A stretch of 64,000 bases of DNA from an uncultured Eubacteriales bacterium (GCA_949422855.1 CASPLG010000005.1:420-64419), one strand, 5' to 3'; counted from the stretch's first letter, positions 1 to 10,720 are shown. The notes: generated by a model not told the origin, from the sequence alone. Made by a program: numbers and translations.

Positions 1-945
1 TTTAAAATAGACCGCATTATATTAACTTATTCCATATTTGTAAATTGTATACTCGAGTGTATTCATTTTTTAATTTTTGGCGTAGTTTCCCTAGCAATAG
101 CTGCCTTAAGAATCCCTGAAATTACCCGTCACCAGCCTGAGAGGCTATTGGTCGGCAGAGCAGTGGTGCTAGCGTTATACATTATATCTATTTTAGTAGT
201 TTATAAATTCTTTAAAATAGGTATAATATCAATATGTAGGCTTACCGATTACAAAATTTTTTCAATATTTTTGAGTTTAGTTTTATGTGTAATAATATAT
301 CTAAAGTATTGTATAAAATGTACATATTTAAATCAAATTCATAATATTTTATCCCTTGTCTTTATATTTTTTATTATATTGTCCCTTATTTTTATATTTT
401 CTTCAAAGGCTTTTTTAGAAAAAATTGATAATTTTAAAAAAAGTAAGCTGAATCCCGCTATTGAAGAAGCAAAATTACAAAAAGGCAAAGGTTATGCAGG
501 TATGAAATTTGTGTCAAAAAAGCTCAACTCTGAAATGTACTACTTTCAAAAGGAACTTGAAAATATTGGCATGGACACGGAGGACAAAAAATCTAAACAG
601 ATATCTTTTTGTGCAGTTTTATTAAGTCACGAAGAAAACCCTCGAAATGCAAATATGCGTCCGATGATTTACTCCTGTTTAGGAGAAATTCTGGATAGGC
701 AGCCTAAGAGTATAGAGTCAAATATAGGGAATGCGCTGCAAAATCACTGGAGTTCATTTAGTTCGCAAAAGCTTAAAAAGATAGAACAAAATTACCACGG
801 ACCAATTTCGACAGAACATGGTGCACCTACTCCAAAAGAATTTTTACTATATTTAGTAGAAAAGTACAAAAAGGAGCATCCCATGTATGAAAATAACTGC
901 AAAAACAAATACCTATTTTTCAAAAAATACTTTTTGCATTTATAA
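1..945 (+). CDS. Multi-pass membrane protein with C-terminal Spo0A_C-like (Spo0A effector/DNA-binding) domain; probably 5'-truncated by the window edge
   Basis: The frame of ORF 148..945 stays open back to nt 1 (49 more sense codons, none ATG/GTG/TTG) in very AT-rich DNA, so TTG-148 is probably not the true start. The N-terminal part forms 3-4 hydrophobic helices. The C-terminal ~110 aa (LENIGMD...SIESNIGNALQNHWS...GAPTPKEFLLYLVEKY) aligns by eye with the B. subtilis Spo0A C-terminus (IHEIGVP...RVERAIRHAIEVAWS...AKPTNSEFIAMVADKL). Confidence 0.55.
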   Translation, partial: FKIDRIILTYSIFVNCILECIHFLIFGVVSLAIAALRIPEITRHQPERLLVGRAVVLALYIISILVVYKFFKIGIISICRLTDYKIFSIFLSLVLCVIIYLKYCIKCTYLNQIHNILSLVFIFFIILSLIFIFSSKAFLEKIDNFKKSKLNPAIEEAKLQKGKGYAGMKFVSKKLNSEMYYFQKELENIGMDTEDKKSKQISFCAVLLSHEENPRNANMRPMIYSCLGEILDRQPKSIESNIGNALQNHWSSFSSQKLKKIEQNYHGPISTEHGAPTPKEFLLYLVEKYKKEHPMYENNCKNKYLFFKKYFLHL

Positions 946-1284
946 ATACTATCATAGCAATAAATTGATTCCGGAAGATATGATTTTACCTCACTAGAGA
1001 ACAAGATGAGGATCTAGACATGCCCATATGATGACAAATTCGTTAATGATTTCCACGAATTAAATTTATTCGGTCTTTATTATAAACACTTCAAACAAAA
1101 GGCTACCATTATAGTTTTAAGATTATTATTTTCTGTGTCAATATAGCCCTGGGAGAACTGTGGATTTTTCTTTATGTAGATCATATATCCAATCTATTTT
1201 TAATAATATTCAACAAATAACCTAAAATTACCGTAAAAATCTTACTCCACCTGATAGTTTCTGCTCCGTGACTCTACATATAAG

Positions 1285-1312
1285 CTTAAATAATATAATC
1301 ATATTATTTAAG
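1285..1312 (-). terminator. Perfect 12-bp AT-rich inverted repeat (CTTAAATAATAT-aatc-ATATTATTTAAG) 22 nt downstream of lysA; possible weak terminator
   Basis: The palindrome was read directly from the sequence. No T-tract follows it on the minus strand and the stem is almost all A/T, so terminator function is uncertain. Confidence 0.3.
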
Positions 1313-1333
1313 ATATGTATTGATTCGTATAAA

Positions 1334-2629
1334 TCATAAATCCTGAGCAACTATGTCATCATAACTTTGCCTATTTACTATCAATTTGTGTACTCCGCCC
1401 TTCACCATAACTACAGCAGGTTTTGGTATACGGTTATAATTTGACGCCATGGAATAATTATAAGCACCTGTGCATAAAACAGCTAAAATGTCTCCTATTT
1501 CTGTTTTGCATATCTGTACATTTTCTTGTATTATGTCTCCACTTTCGCAGCATCTCCCCACAATAGTTACTATTTTATCTTTTCTATCATTCATTCTTCC
1601 GGCATTGACAACTTCGTATTTCGACTTATATAAAATATATCTAGGATTGTCCGTCATACCTCCGTCTACGGAAATATATATGCGTACCCCTTTTATTTCT
1701 TTTATATTTCCAACCGTATAGAGCGTAATACCTGAGGTTCCAACTATGGACCTGCCTGGCTCAATGCAAATTTTAGGACATCTAAGAGAAAACTCTTTAC
1801 ATTTCTTGTGTACAGCCTCAGAAACCTTCTCCAAACATCTTTTATAGTCCATGCCGGTATCCTCCGGCAAATATTTAATTCCAAACCCCCCGCCCAAGTT
1901 TAATTCACAGATTTCAATGTTCAAATCTGTTTTTAATACATTAATAAAATCCATCATAACTTTTGCAGTGTGGACAAATGGTTCAAAACTAACTATTTGC
2001 GAACCTATATGGCAGTGCAAACCCCTTAATCTCAAGCTTTTCATCTGATTTATTTTTAAAATTACATCAACTGCTTCACCACCGTCTATGGCAAACCCAA
2101 ATTTAGAATCAAGCTGACCGGTTTTTATGAAACTGTGTGTATGCGCCTCTACCCCGGGTTTAATTCTTACCAATACGTCTACAGTTTTGCCCTCCTGAGC
2201 AGCAATTCCGGATGCAATCTCTGCTTCATGCAAACTGTCAATTACAATCGTCCCAATATCGTTTTTAATAGCAAACAGAATCTCATCAAAAGTCTTGTCG
2301 TTTCCATGAAAATAAATCCTGCTGCTTGGGAAACCCGCTTTCAAAGCAGTATACAACTCCCCACCCGAGACTACATCCAGAGACATACCCTCCTCCTGAA
2401 TAACCCTACAAATCTCTTTGCACATAAAAGCTTTGCACGCATATATAACCTCAAAATTTTCATACAAGTTGCTCATGATTTTTATGTATTCACGGCATGA
2501 ATCTCTGATTTCCTTCTCACTCATCACATAAAGAGGAGTACCATACATTTTTGCAAGCTCTAACACGTCCATACCGTCTATACTGAGATGACCACTATTG
2601 TTTACGGATAAATTTTCCGTACAAAACAT
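1334..2629 (-). CDS. lysA: Diaminopimelate decarboxylase
   Basis: The 431-aa product has the N-terminal YGTPLYV motif and the PLP-dependent Orn/DAP/Arg decarboxylase fold-type III pattern (HCHIGSQ, EPGRSIVG, CESGD). A GGGGGG SD lies upstream of the ATG. Confidence 0.9.
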   Translation of the reverse strand: MFCTENLSVNNSGHLSIDGMDVLELAKMYGTPLYVMSEKEIRDSCREYIKIMSNLYENFEVIYACKAFMCKEICRVIQEEGMSLDVVSGGELYTALKAGFPSSRIYFHGNDKTFDEILFAIKNDIGTIVIDSLHEAEIASGIAAQEGKTVDVLVRIKPGVEAHTHSFIKTGQLDSKFGFAIDGGEAVDVILKINQMKSLRLRGLHCHIGSQIVSFEPFVHTAKVMMDFINVLKTDLNIEICELNLGGGFGIKYLPEDTGMDYKRCLEKVSEAVHKKCKEFSLRCPKICIEPGRSIVGTSGITLYTVGNIKEIKGVRIYISVDGGMTDNPRYILYKSKYEVVNAGRMNDRKDKIVTIVGRCCESGDIIQENVQICKTEIGDILAVLCTGAYNYSMASNYNRIPKPAVVMVKGGVHKLIVNRQSYDDIVAQDL

Positions 2630-2654
2630 AAGATACCCCCCCTATTGCAAACTT

Positions 2655-3239
2655 CTAAGTTATAATACTTTCAATGGCCTTTCTTGCTTCTTCAGTTCCT
2701 TCTCCTGTCATTGCAGAAAAGATTATAGTCCTAGCGCCTCCCACCTCAGACAGTTCTTCTTTTAAATCAATTTCTCGCTGCATCCTCTGTGATTTATTAA
2801 GCTTGTCCGCCTTAGTCGCAACTACAACAAAAGGAATTTTTCTTATATCAAGGTAATTTATCATGTCAATATCTTGTCTTGATGGTGGGTGTCGCAAGTC
2901 TATTAGCTGGATAACCAGTTTTATCTCTCTATCCGAATTAAAATACTTTTCTACCAATTCAGACCATCTGACCTTCTCCGAAAACGGAACTTTAGCATAT
3001 CCGTATCCCGGCATATCAACCAGCCTTATACCTCCTAGGCGATAAAAATTAATAGTCACAGTTTTTCCGGGTTTACTGCTCACCCTCGCTAAAGATTTGC
3101 GATTTAGTAATCTATTTATAAAGGAAGACTTCCCAACATTAGATCGACCCGAGAATACTACCTCCGGACAATCTGAAAGAGGAAGTTGTTTTTGCTCGCC
3201 TATGCACAGCTCAAACTTAGCATCACTAAAATTAATCAC
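2655..3239 (-). CDS. engB: Ribosome biogenesis GTP-binding protein YsxC/EngB
   Basis: The 194-aa product carries a G1 motif GRSNVGKSS, DMPGYG and ATKADK. The start is GTG with a GGGGGGTGGA SD, and the position upstream of lysA and downstream of lon is conserved. Confidence 0.9.
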   Translation of the reverse strand: MINFSDAKFELCIGEQKQLPLSDCPEVVFSGRSNVGKSSFINRLLNRKSLARVSSKPGKTVTINFYRLGGIRLVDMPGYGYAKVPFSEKVRWSELVEKYFNSDREIKLVIQLIDLRHPPSRQDIDMINYLDIRKIPFVVVATKADKLNKSQRMQREIDLKEELSEVGGARTIIFSAMTGEGTEEARKAIESIIT

Positions 3240-3258
3240 CCATCCACCCCCCTAAAAG

Positions 3259-5676
3259 CTAATATAGTGCCGGAGATAAAATCTCATCTGCTACCAATTT
3301 AATCTCGCTACCTTCTAACCTGCTTTTCTCTTTTTTATCTAGCGCATACTCAAAAACTGTGTCTAAATTTTCCGCCATAACAAAGCTAACCGACTTTTTA
3401 ATCTCCTCATCAATCTCTTCTAGATCACCCTCATTTTCGCGTGGAATTATAATTGTTTTTACTCCGTCTCTATATGCCGCCGTAGTCTTCTCCCTGAGTC
3501 CGCCTATGGCTAAAACCTTACCCTTAAGTGTAATTTCACCGGTCATAGCCACATCCTGTTTTATCGGAGTTCCGCTCAGGGCCGATACAAGCGCCGTAGT
3601 CATAGTGACACCTGCTGAAGGTCCATCTTTAGGAACCGCACCCTCCGGAGCGTGAATGTGTATGTCAAGCTTACTGTGGAAATCATGTTTAATGTTCAAT
3701 TTGTCAGCATTACTCCTGATGTAGCTTACGGCAATTTGTGCCGACTCCTTCATAACATCTCCCAAAGATCCCGTAACTTGGACTTTTCCCTTTCCCTGCA
3801 TAAGCGCAACCTCAATAGGCATAACCTCTCCGCCAACTTCCGTCCAGGCTAGACCCTTAACAACGCCTATCTCACTGATTTTATATCTTGTGTGATTTTT
3901 ATATTTTTCCGGACCTAGCATTTTTTTCACAACAGATTTGTCCACATTTACCAATTCTGATTCTCCGGAAACAATTTCCTTCGCAGCCTTCCTCATAAGT
4001 GAAGACAATCTCTTTTCCAGTTCTCTGACTCCGGCCTCCCTTGTATAACTTTCAATCAATAAATGTATGGCATCATCCTCAATGGAAAACTGTTTTTTCT
4101 TAAGACCGTTTTGCTTAAGTAGTTTCGAGACTAAATGCCTTTTTGCAATATTAAATTTCTCTTGATGTGTATAACTGTGCAACGACAAAATTTCCATCCT
4201 ATCATACAAAGGCCTCGGAATATTCGCTCTATTATTTGCGGTGGTTATAAATAAAACCTCACTCAGATCGAAAGGAAAATCTATATAATGGTCGTAAAAT
4301 GCGCTGTTCTGCTCCGGATCTAAAACCTCCAAAAGTGCCGCCGATGGATCCCCATGATAGTCGTTAGACAGTTTGTCTATTTCATCTAGCAGAATCACCG
4401 GATTTTTAACTCCGCTTTGTTCGATGGCAGAGATTATCCTACCCGGCATGGCTCCTATATACGTTTTTCTGTGTCCCCTGATTTCCGATTCGTCCTTCAC
4501 ACCCCCGAGCGAAACACGCTGATATTTTCTCCCCATAGCATCAGCAATAGACTTGGCAATCGAAGTTTTTCCCACACCCGGAGGGCCTTCCAGACAAATT
4601 ATCTGCCCCTTTACCCCCCTAGACAACTTCCTTACTGCCAGCATCTCAATTATTCTTTCTTTAACGTCCCTTAAACCAAAATGCTGTTTATCTAAAATCT
4701 TTTTTACATCACTTAAATCAATATTGTCTTTAGTCTTTTTGTTCCAAGGAAGAGAAAGACAAGTTTCTATATAAGTTCGGATAATGTTAGATTCACTTGT
4801 TCCGGGAAGTATTTTTGCAAACCTGTCACACTCCTTAGATAACTTATTAAACACCTCTTCAGGAACTCTATTTTTCTTAAGCTTCTCTTTATATTTCAAA
4901 GCCTCGGCAGCAGGGTCATCATCTTCACCCAGTTCCTGCGAAATAAGTCTCATTTGTTCCCTTAAAATATAGTCCTGCTGATTTTTATCAATATTCTCTT
5001 TAAGTTTAGCACCAATTTTATCCTGAATCTCTGCAATGTTTATCTCTTGAACCAGAAGCGTCAACAAACGTTCAATGCGTTTCTTTGGATCCAGTTCTTC
5101 AAGTAATTCCTGTTTACTCTTGATCGAAAATGGCACATTCGAAGATATATAATCAGAAAGCTCTCCGGGAGACTCAATAGCTCCAGAGCCCATAAGAATA
5201 TCCGGAGGGAGTTTAGAGCTAAACTCTAGGTACTCTCCAAACAATTCCCTCGCCTTACGAACCAACGCTGTAATTTCCGGAGCATTCTCGGGTTCTACGT
5301 TTCTGTATACCTCTACCGCAGCCTTTATATAAGAACCAAAAATATACTCTGTAGCTTTTGCTCTGCTAATACCCTCAGCTACAACTCTTACGAACGAACC
5401 GCCTTGCTGATGAATAATCTGTTTTATTTCAGCAATTATCCCCATCTCATATAAATCGTTTTCAGATAGAACGTCACTTTTTGTGTCTTTTTGAGCAACA
5501 ATAAGAATCTTTTGGTCCGCTTTTATTGCGTCCTGTGCTGCTATAATAGACTTTTCTTTGAGCAGTTCAAAATTCAGGATCATACCGGGAAACATCACAA
5601 ATCCTCTGAGAGGTATTACAGGCACAACGTTACTATCTAAACCTGCCTCCTGAATGTCTTCACTCTTTTCTTCCAC
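3259..5676 (-). CDS. lon: ATP-dependent Lon protease
   Basis: The 805-aa product has a LON N-domain, AAA+ Walker A GPPGVGKTS and the C-terminal protease motif PKDGPSAG. The start is GTG with a GGAGAGGGG SD. Confidence 0.95.
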   Translation of the reverse strand: MEEKSEDIQEAGLDSNVVPVIPLRGFVMFPGMILNFELLKEKSIIAAQDAIKADQKILIVAQKDTKSDVLSENDLYEMGIIAEIKQIIHQQGGSFVRVVAEGISRAKATEYIFGSYIKAAVEVYRNVEPENAPEITALVRKARELFGEYLEFSSKLPPDILMGSGAIESPGELSDYISSNVPFSIKSKQELLEELDPKKRIERLLTLLVQEINIAEIQDKIGAKLKENIDKNQQDYILREQMRLISQELGEDDDPAAEALKYKEKLKKNRVPEEVFNKLSKECDRFAKILPGTSESNIIRTYIETCLSLPWNKKTKDNIDLSDVKKILDKQHFGLRDVKERIIEMLAVRKLSRGVKGQIICLEGPPGVGKTSIAKSIADAMGRKYQRVSLGGVKDESEIRGHRKTYIGAMPGRIISAIEQSGVKNPVILLDEIDKLSNDYHGDPSAALLEVLDPEQNSAFYDHYIDFPFDLSEVLFITTANNRANIPRPLYDRMEILSLHSYTHQEKFNIAKRHLVSKLLKQNGLKKKQFSIEDDAIHLLIESYTREAGVRELEKRLSSLMRKAAKEIVSGESELVNVDKSVVKKMLGPEKYKNHTRYKISEIGVVKGLAWTEVGGEVMPIEVALMQGKGKVQVTGSLGDVMKESAQIAVSYIRSNADKLNIKHDFHSKLDIHIHAPEGAVPKDGPSAGVTMTTALVSALSGTPIKQDVAMTGEITLKGKVLAIGGLREKTTAAYRDGVKTIIIPRENEGDLEEIDEEIKKSVSFVMAENLDTVFEYALDKKEKSRLEGSEIKLVADEILSPALY

Positions 5677-5734
5677 TAAATTCCCCTCTCCAACTTTATA
5701 AAATTTATTCTAATATTCATCAGTATAGCGAAAA

Positions 5735-7102
5735 CTACCCGGAAACGTTACTCTTTTCTTTGGCGTCTCCCTTTTTACCGCTTTTATTTATGGATATAAC
5801 CGTGGGTTTTCTCGTGTCATCGAACGTAAACTCAGGCTTGCCCTTACCATTTACCGCTTCCTCGTTTATCAGAACCTTAGATATGGTATACTCAGAAGGA
5901 ACGTCAAACATAATTTTCTGCAAAATATCCTCCATTATAGACCTCAAACCACGAGCACCCGTATGCTGCTCTATAGCTTTTTTTGCAATAGCCCTCAGAG
6001 CCTGAGGAGCAAAATCAAGCTCAACATTATCGAGACTAAACAACTTTTTGTACTGTTTAACGAGAGAATTTTTCGGCTGTGTCAGAATTTTTACAAGCGC
6101 ATCCTCGTCCAGCCCGTTTAGAGCGGTAATAACCGGAAGACGTCCCACAAGCTCCGGGATCATCCCATACTTGACTAAATCTTGCGGGACAGCTTGATTC
6201 ATCCAGTCAGTAGTGTCGAGCTCTTTTCGGCTCATTACCTTAGCTTCAAATCCCATCGACGACGAACCTACCCTTTTTTCGATTATCTTCTCAAGACCGT
6301 CGAAAGCACCCCCGCATATAAACAGTATATTTGATGTGTCAATTTGTATAAACTCTTGCTGTGGATGTTTTCTGCCCCCTTTAGGCGGCACGTTCGAAAT
6401 GGTTCCTTCTAAGATTTTAAGAAGTGCCTGCTGTACTCCCTCTCCGCTTACGTCACGAGTAATAGACGCATTTTCAGATTTACGTGCTATTTTGTCTATT
6501 TCGTCAACATATATTATACCACGTTCGGCCTTCTCAACGTCAAAATCGGCAACCTGTATTAAGCGCAAAAGAATGTTCTCCACATCTTCTCCGACATACC
6601 CCGCTTCAGTCAAGGTAGTGGCATCTGCTATTGCAAAGGGGACATGCAGTTTTTTTGCTAAAGTACGTGCAAGAAGAGTTTTTCCCACTCCGGTCGGCCC
6701 CAAAAGAAGAACATTACTCTTCGTTATCTCCACATCGTCCTTTTTGCCAAAATAAATCCTCTTATAGTGATTATACACAGCTACACACAACGTTGCTTTT
6801 GCCTCATCCTGACCGATAACATACTGATCAAGATACTGTTTTATCTCATGCGGCTTAGGTAAAATCTGATCCTCATTAGAATCTTTGTCCTCTGCGCCGC
6901 CCGATGACACACTCTTGGCCTGTTTACCTTCACCGTTTTCTTTCATTCCCTCTTCTAAAATAGAAACACAAAGCTCTATACACTCATCGCATATACATAC
7001 TCCCGGCCCTGCTACTAACTTCTTTGCCTGTTCCTGAGGTTTCCCACAAAATGAACAGCAAAGCTCCCTATCATTACCATTATTTCCTCGGTCTAGGCTC
7101 AT
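5735..7102 (-). CDS. clpX: ATP-dependent Clp protease ATP-binding subunit ClpX
   Basis: The product has an N-terminal C4 zinc finger (CSFCGK...CICDEC), Walker A GPTGVGKT and an IGF-type loop region. The gene sits immediately upstream of clpP. Confidence 0.97.
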   Translation of the reverse strand: MSLDRGNNGNDRELCCSFCGKPQEQAKKLVAGPGVCICDECIELCVSILEEGMKENGEGKQAKSVSSGGAEDKDSNEDQILPKPHEIKQYLDQYVIGQDEAKATLCVAVYNHYKRIYFGKKDDVEITKSNVLLLGPTGVGKTLLARTLAKKLHVPFAIADATTLTEAGYVGEDVENILLRLIQVADFDVEKAERGIIYVDEIDKIARKSENASITRDVSGEGVQQALLKILEGTISNVPPKGGRKHPQQEFIQIDTSNILFICGGAFDGLEKIIEKRVGSSSMGFEAKVMSRKELDTTDWMNQAVPQDLVKYGMIPELVGRLPVITALNGLDEDALVKILTQPKNSLVKQYKKLFSLDNVELDFAPQALRAIAKKAIEQHTGARGLRSIMEDILQKIMFDVPSEYTISKVLINEEAVNGKGKPEFTFDDTRKPTVISINKSGKKGDAKEKSNVSG

Positions 7103-7117
7103 AAAACCACCTCAATT

Positions 7118-7708
7118 CTATCTTTCAGCCCTTTTATCTATGACCTTGTCAACAAGCCCATAATCCCGTGCTTGAATCGCATCCATAAAATTATCTCTTT
7201 CAGTATCTTGCTCAATTTTTTCGAGAGGCTGTCCTGTTCTCTCTGACAATATCTCGTTTATTCTTCCCTTTATCTTTAAAATATTCTCAGTATGAATCCT
7301 CATATCGGTTGCCTGCCCCTGAACCTTACCCAATGGCTGATGAATCATTATCTCACTATTGGGTAGTGCGAATCTTTTTCCTTTGGTTCCGGCAGCAAGC
7401 AAAAATGCTCCCATGCTCGCCGCTAACCCCATGCAAATCGTAGATACGTCGCACTTTATATACTGCATCGTATCGTAAATTGCAAATCCATCAGTAACGG
7501 ACCCTCCAGGACTGTTTATATAAAGATTTATATCCTTGGACGCATCTTGACCTTCCAGGTACAAAAGCTGTGCCACAACAAGACCTGCGGTTGTACTGTT
7601 TACCTCCTCGTTTAACATAACTATTCTGTCATTTAAAAGTCTCGAAAAAATGTCATAAGACCTTTCACCACGATTAGTCTGCTCAACAACATAAGGTACA
7701 AAACTCAT
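7118..7708 (-). CDS. clpP: ATP-dependent Clp protease proteolytic subunit ClpP
   Basis: ClpP signatures are present ([21 protein letters not shown]). I trimmed the start to the ATG at 7708, which has a GAGGTGG SD 5 nt upstream; the 7-codon ORF-track extension lacks an SD. Confidence 0.95.
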   Translation of the reverse strand: MSFVPYVVEQTNRGERSYDIFSRLLNDRIVMLNEEVNSTTAGLVVAQLLYLEGQDASKDINLYINSPGGSVTDGFAIYDTMQYIKCDVSTICMGLAASMGAFLLAAGTKGKRFALPNSEIMIHQPLGKVQGQATDMRIHTENILKIKGRINEILSERTGQPLEKIEQDTERDNFMDAIQARDYGLVDKVIDKRAER

Positions 7709-7738
7709 AAAAACCACCTCAAATAACAATCTATCTTC

Positions 7739-9019
7739 TTACCTAATAACTGCACTGTCTTTAACAATATTTAAAGCCTTGCGCATTTTTATATTGTTTG
7801 TTACTTCATCCAAAGGAATAAACTTCCTTACCCGCTCTTTATCTATTTTGTATTGAGCAGCAACTACTTCGTACTCTTTGTCAATATCCTCGTCAGAAAC
7901 AACAACATTTTCAACTTCAGCTATTTTCCCCAGCGCTAAATTCACTCTAACCTGTTTCTCTGCCTGCGGTTTCAGTTCCTTCTTGATCTCATCAACATTT
8001 GTACCTATAAATTTGGTATAATCTTTAATATTTATCCCCTGAGCCTGCAAACGATATTCAAATTCTTTCAGAAGTTCATCAGTTTTCTCATCTATCATAA
8101 GATCAGGAATCTCAGCCTCTGTTATTTGTGTAAGCTTGTCAACTATTTCATTCTCCAGTTCTACATCTGCACTCTCTTTCTTTTCTTTCTCCAGACTCTT
8201 CTTCAGATTCTCCTTATACTCGTCAAGAGTGTCAAATTCACTGATGTCTTTTACAAACTCGTCATCTAAATCCGGAAGCTCCCTTTCTTTTATTTCATGC
8301 AGCGTTACCTTGAACACAGCATCTTTTCCCGCATAATTCTTTGCATGATAATCGTCCGGGAACTTTACGTTGATTTCGAACTCCTCTCCGGTATTGTGCC
8401 CTACAATCTGATCCTCAAAACCTGCTATAAATTGTTTTTTACCCAGCTCCAGCGTGAAATTGTCAGCGCTGCCTCCTTCAAATGCTTCACCATCTATGAA
8501 CCCTTTAAAATCTATCACAACGGTATCTCCGATTTTTGCAGGCCTATCCTCAACGGTTACAAGACGGCCATTTCTTATGCGTGCCTCCTCAATTGCATCG
8601 TCAATGTCCTTTTTAGTGACCTCCTGACTGACCTTTTTAACCTCAATTCCCTTATACTCGCCAAGCTTAACCTGCGGATAAACTACAATATTCGCCTTAA
8701 ATACCAGCCCCTCTTCCCTGCTCGAAGTGACTATGTCTAATTTTGTTACCCCGATAAGTTCTAGGTTTGCTTCTTTTGCAGCTTCACCAATTGCACCGGG
8801 ATAAATGTTTTTTATAGCGTCTTCAAAAAACACTCCCTCACCATAGTACTTCTCAACAAAAGCTCTTGGTGCTTTGCCTTTTCTGAAACCCGGTACACTA
8901 ATCTTTTTTATATCTCTCCTGTAGATTTTATCTACTTCTTTATTAAACTCCTCCGGACTTACCGCTATCTCCAACTCGAATTCATTAGTAGAAACTTTAT
9001 TACATGACTTTAAACTCAT
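7739..9019 (-). CDS. tig: Trigger factor
   Basis: The 426-aa product has the ribosome-binding motif GFRKGKAP, a central FKBP-type PPIase and an acidic C-terminal arm. The tig-clpP-clpX-lon order is conserved. Confidence 0.95.
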   Translation of the reverse strand: MSLKSCNKVSTNEFELEIAVSPEEFNKEVDKIYRRDIKKISVPGFRKGKAPRAFVEKYYGEGVFFEDAIKNIYPGAIGEAAKEANLELIGVTKLDIVTSSREEGLVFKANIVVYPQVKLGEYKGIEVKKVSQEVTKKDIDDAIEEARIRNGRLVTVEDRPAKIGDTVVIDFKGFIDGEAFEGGSADNFTLELGKKQFIAGFEDQIVGHNTGEEFEINVKFPDDYHAKNYAGKDAVFKVTLHEIKERELPDLDDEFVKDISEFDTLDEYKENLKKSLEKEKKESADVELENEIVDKLTQITEAEIPDLMIDEKTDELLKEFEYRLQAQGINIKDYTKFIGTNVDEIKKELKPQAEKQVRVNLALGKIAEVENVVVSDEDIDKEYEVVAAQYKIDKERVRKFIPLDEVTNNIKMRKALNIVKDSAVIR

Positions 9020-9081
9020 ATTAATTCATCCTTTCTAAATCAAATTCCTTTGCCAATCTTCTCAAAAAACCACGACCGGTT

Positions 9082-9771
9082 TTATTTTATGCGTTTTGGA
9101 CAAAAATCCAAATAGTCACACGAGATAAGTTCCAGACTTATACCCTTATACTCACCTGTTATAAGTTTTTTGGAAAATTTCCCACCATGAATATGACCAT
9201 AATAACATGTATCTATCTTTCTTTCAACTAAAATATTTATAATTTCAACCGATTCACAGTTTCCATAGACCGGAGGATAATGCAAAAACACAAAAGGTTT
9301 AAGTTTTTTGCTTTCTGCAACATCAATAGACCTTCCAAGCCTTTGTGCTTCACGCAGGAGAACCTTTTTGTCACTGTCAGTCTCGGAATTATAAAGCCAA
9401 CCCCTCGTTCCGCATACGCAAACCCCCTCTACTTCAATTGCAGAGTTGTGAAGCAAAGATATTGAATCTATCCCATTTTGTACAAAAAAATCATTTATCT
9501 TTTTGGCGGTAGACCACCAGTAATCGTGGTTGCCTTTTAATAATATTTTTTTACCGGGTAGGCTTTCTAAAAATTCAAGGTCTTTCAGTGATTCTTCCAA
9601 TTTCATCGCCCATGATATATCCCCGGCAATTACGACCGTATCTGAATCTTTTACTGTATTTTGCCAATTAGTTTTTATTTTGTCAACGTAATTGTCCCAA
9701 CCTCTGAAAATATCCATGGGCTTTTCACTGCCAAGTGATAAATGAAGGTCAGAAATCGCATAAATAGACAT
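9082..9771 (-). CDS. Metallophosphoesterase family protein
   Basis: Calcineurin-like phosphoesterase motifs are present: SDLHL, GDISW, GNHDYW, and GH..H near the C-terminus. Confidence 0.7.
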   Translation of the reverse strand: MSIYAISDLHLSLGSEKPMDIFRGWDNYVDKIKTNWQNTVKDSDTVVIAGDISWAMKLEESLKDLEFLESLPGKKILLKGNHDYWWSTAKKINDFFVQNGIDSISLLHNSAIEVEGVCVCGTRGWLYNSETDSDKKVLLREAQRLGRSIDVAESKKLKPFVFLHYPPVYGNCESVEIINILVERKIDTCYYGHIHGGKFSKKLITGEYKGISLELISCDYLDFCPKRIK

Positions 9772-9790
9772 TATTTTTCAATCCTTTTAG

Positions 9791-10720
9791 TTAAATCATC
9801 AGTTTAAAGAAGTTATATGCGTTTTCATAAAAAATACTTCGGACTAATTCCTCACTATAATTATGCCTCAGCATATATTCATATAAAATATTCATAGACT
9901 CAATCCCTTTGATTTCATCCGGCACATCGGTTCCGTCAAAGTCGCTGCCTATTGCCACCGTGCTCTCTCCGCCGAGCGACAAAAAATATTCTATATGTCT
10001 CATTATATCAGAAACCGACGCATCAGTGTCCGAATTGAGAAATTTATTGCAAAACGTAACTCCGACAATCCCACCTCTATCCCGTATAATCTCAAATTGC
10101 TTATCTTTTAAATTCCTTCTATGCGGACACACGGAATATGAATTAGAGTGCGTTGCCATAAAAGGTTTCTTTGATATACCGCTTATATCGTAAAATAAAC
10201 TTTCTCCGGCATGAGAAACATCAACAACAATGCCCTGATTTTCCATTTCCTTTACGACTTTAATCCCAAATTCCGTTATTCCTACCGGATTTTTCTCCCC
10301 ACTGCCTCCCCCAATTTCGTTTTCTCCGTTCCAAGTAAGAGTCATTGCCCTTACACCGCATTTCTTTAGATATCCTACTCTCTCCAAGCTCCCGCCCAGA
10401 GCAGCCCCCCCTTCTACAGTCAGTATAACTCCTCTTTTTCCCCTTGGCAAATCTTCCATATCGCTTGATTTTTCAATAAACTCCATATGGGAAGTATTTT
10501 TTTCTTTCTCTGAGAGAAACTTTTCATAAACTTTATCAAAAAACCGTAAGGCTTCTCTACCTCTGTATTCATCTGGTATCCATATCGCAAAACATCCTAT
10601 ATACCTATCAATATTCTCGCTTTTTCTTAAAGAAACATGGCAGCTGTTGTCATATAACCCTTCGTTTTTTTTGCATATCTCGTACAGCGTATCACAATGT
10701 AAATCAAAAAAATTCATCAA
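9791..10720 (-). CDS. Peptidase M19 family dipeptidase
   Basis: The N-terminal FDLHCDT metal motif, VDVSH and THSN are typical of membrane-dipeptidase (M19) homologues. Confidence 0.75.
   Translation of the reverse strand: MMNFFDLHCDTLYEICKKNEGLYDNSCHVSLRKSENIDRYIGCFAIWIPDEYRGREALRFFDKVYEKFLSEKEKNTSHMEFIEKSSDMEDLPRGKRGVILTVEGGAALGGSLERVGYLKKCGVRAMTLTWNGENEIGGGSGEKNPVGITEFGIKVVKEMENQGIVVDVSHAGESLFYDISGISKKPFMATHSNSYSVCPHRRNLKDKQFEIIRDRGGIVGVTFCNKFLNSDTDASVSDIMRHIEYFLSLGGESTVAIGSDFDGTDVPDEIKGIESMNILYEYMLRHNYSEELVRSIFYENAYNFFKLMI

Noticed and set aside
91-176. An apparent three-helix RNA-like structure: CTAGCA/TGCTAG and CTGCC/GGCAG long-range pairs enclosing the AGCCT-gag-AGGCT hairpin. It could have been a riboswitch in front of ORF 148..945.
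   Set aside because: The reading frame of the ORF is open through this whole segment back to nt 1 and encodes plausible TM-helix sequence. I recognise no riboswitch consensus, so this is most likely coding sequence with chance complementarity.
946-1333. A 388-bp ORF-free AT-rich spacer with several short palindromes (AATTCG-13-CGAATT, CTAGA-14-TCTAG) was considered as a possible sRNA or degraded gene.
   Set aside because: The stems are short (5-6 bp) and AT-rich, no promoter-plus-terminator pair frames them, and all frames are full of stops. There is not enough evidence to call a feature beyond the 12-bp palindrome listed.
2630-2654. A lysine riboswitch was expected upstream of lysA.
   Set aside because: The gap to engB is 25 nt. 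lysA is evidently co-transcribed with engB, so there is no room for an L-box.
6213-6755. A 180-aa plus-strand ORF lies inside clpX. Similar long antisense ORFs lie inside lon, tig, murA, yabE-like, ftsW and the giant gene.
   Set aside because: All lie opposite confidently identified genes, have biased Ser/Pro/Leu composition and lack SDs. I treat them as shadow ORFs.
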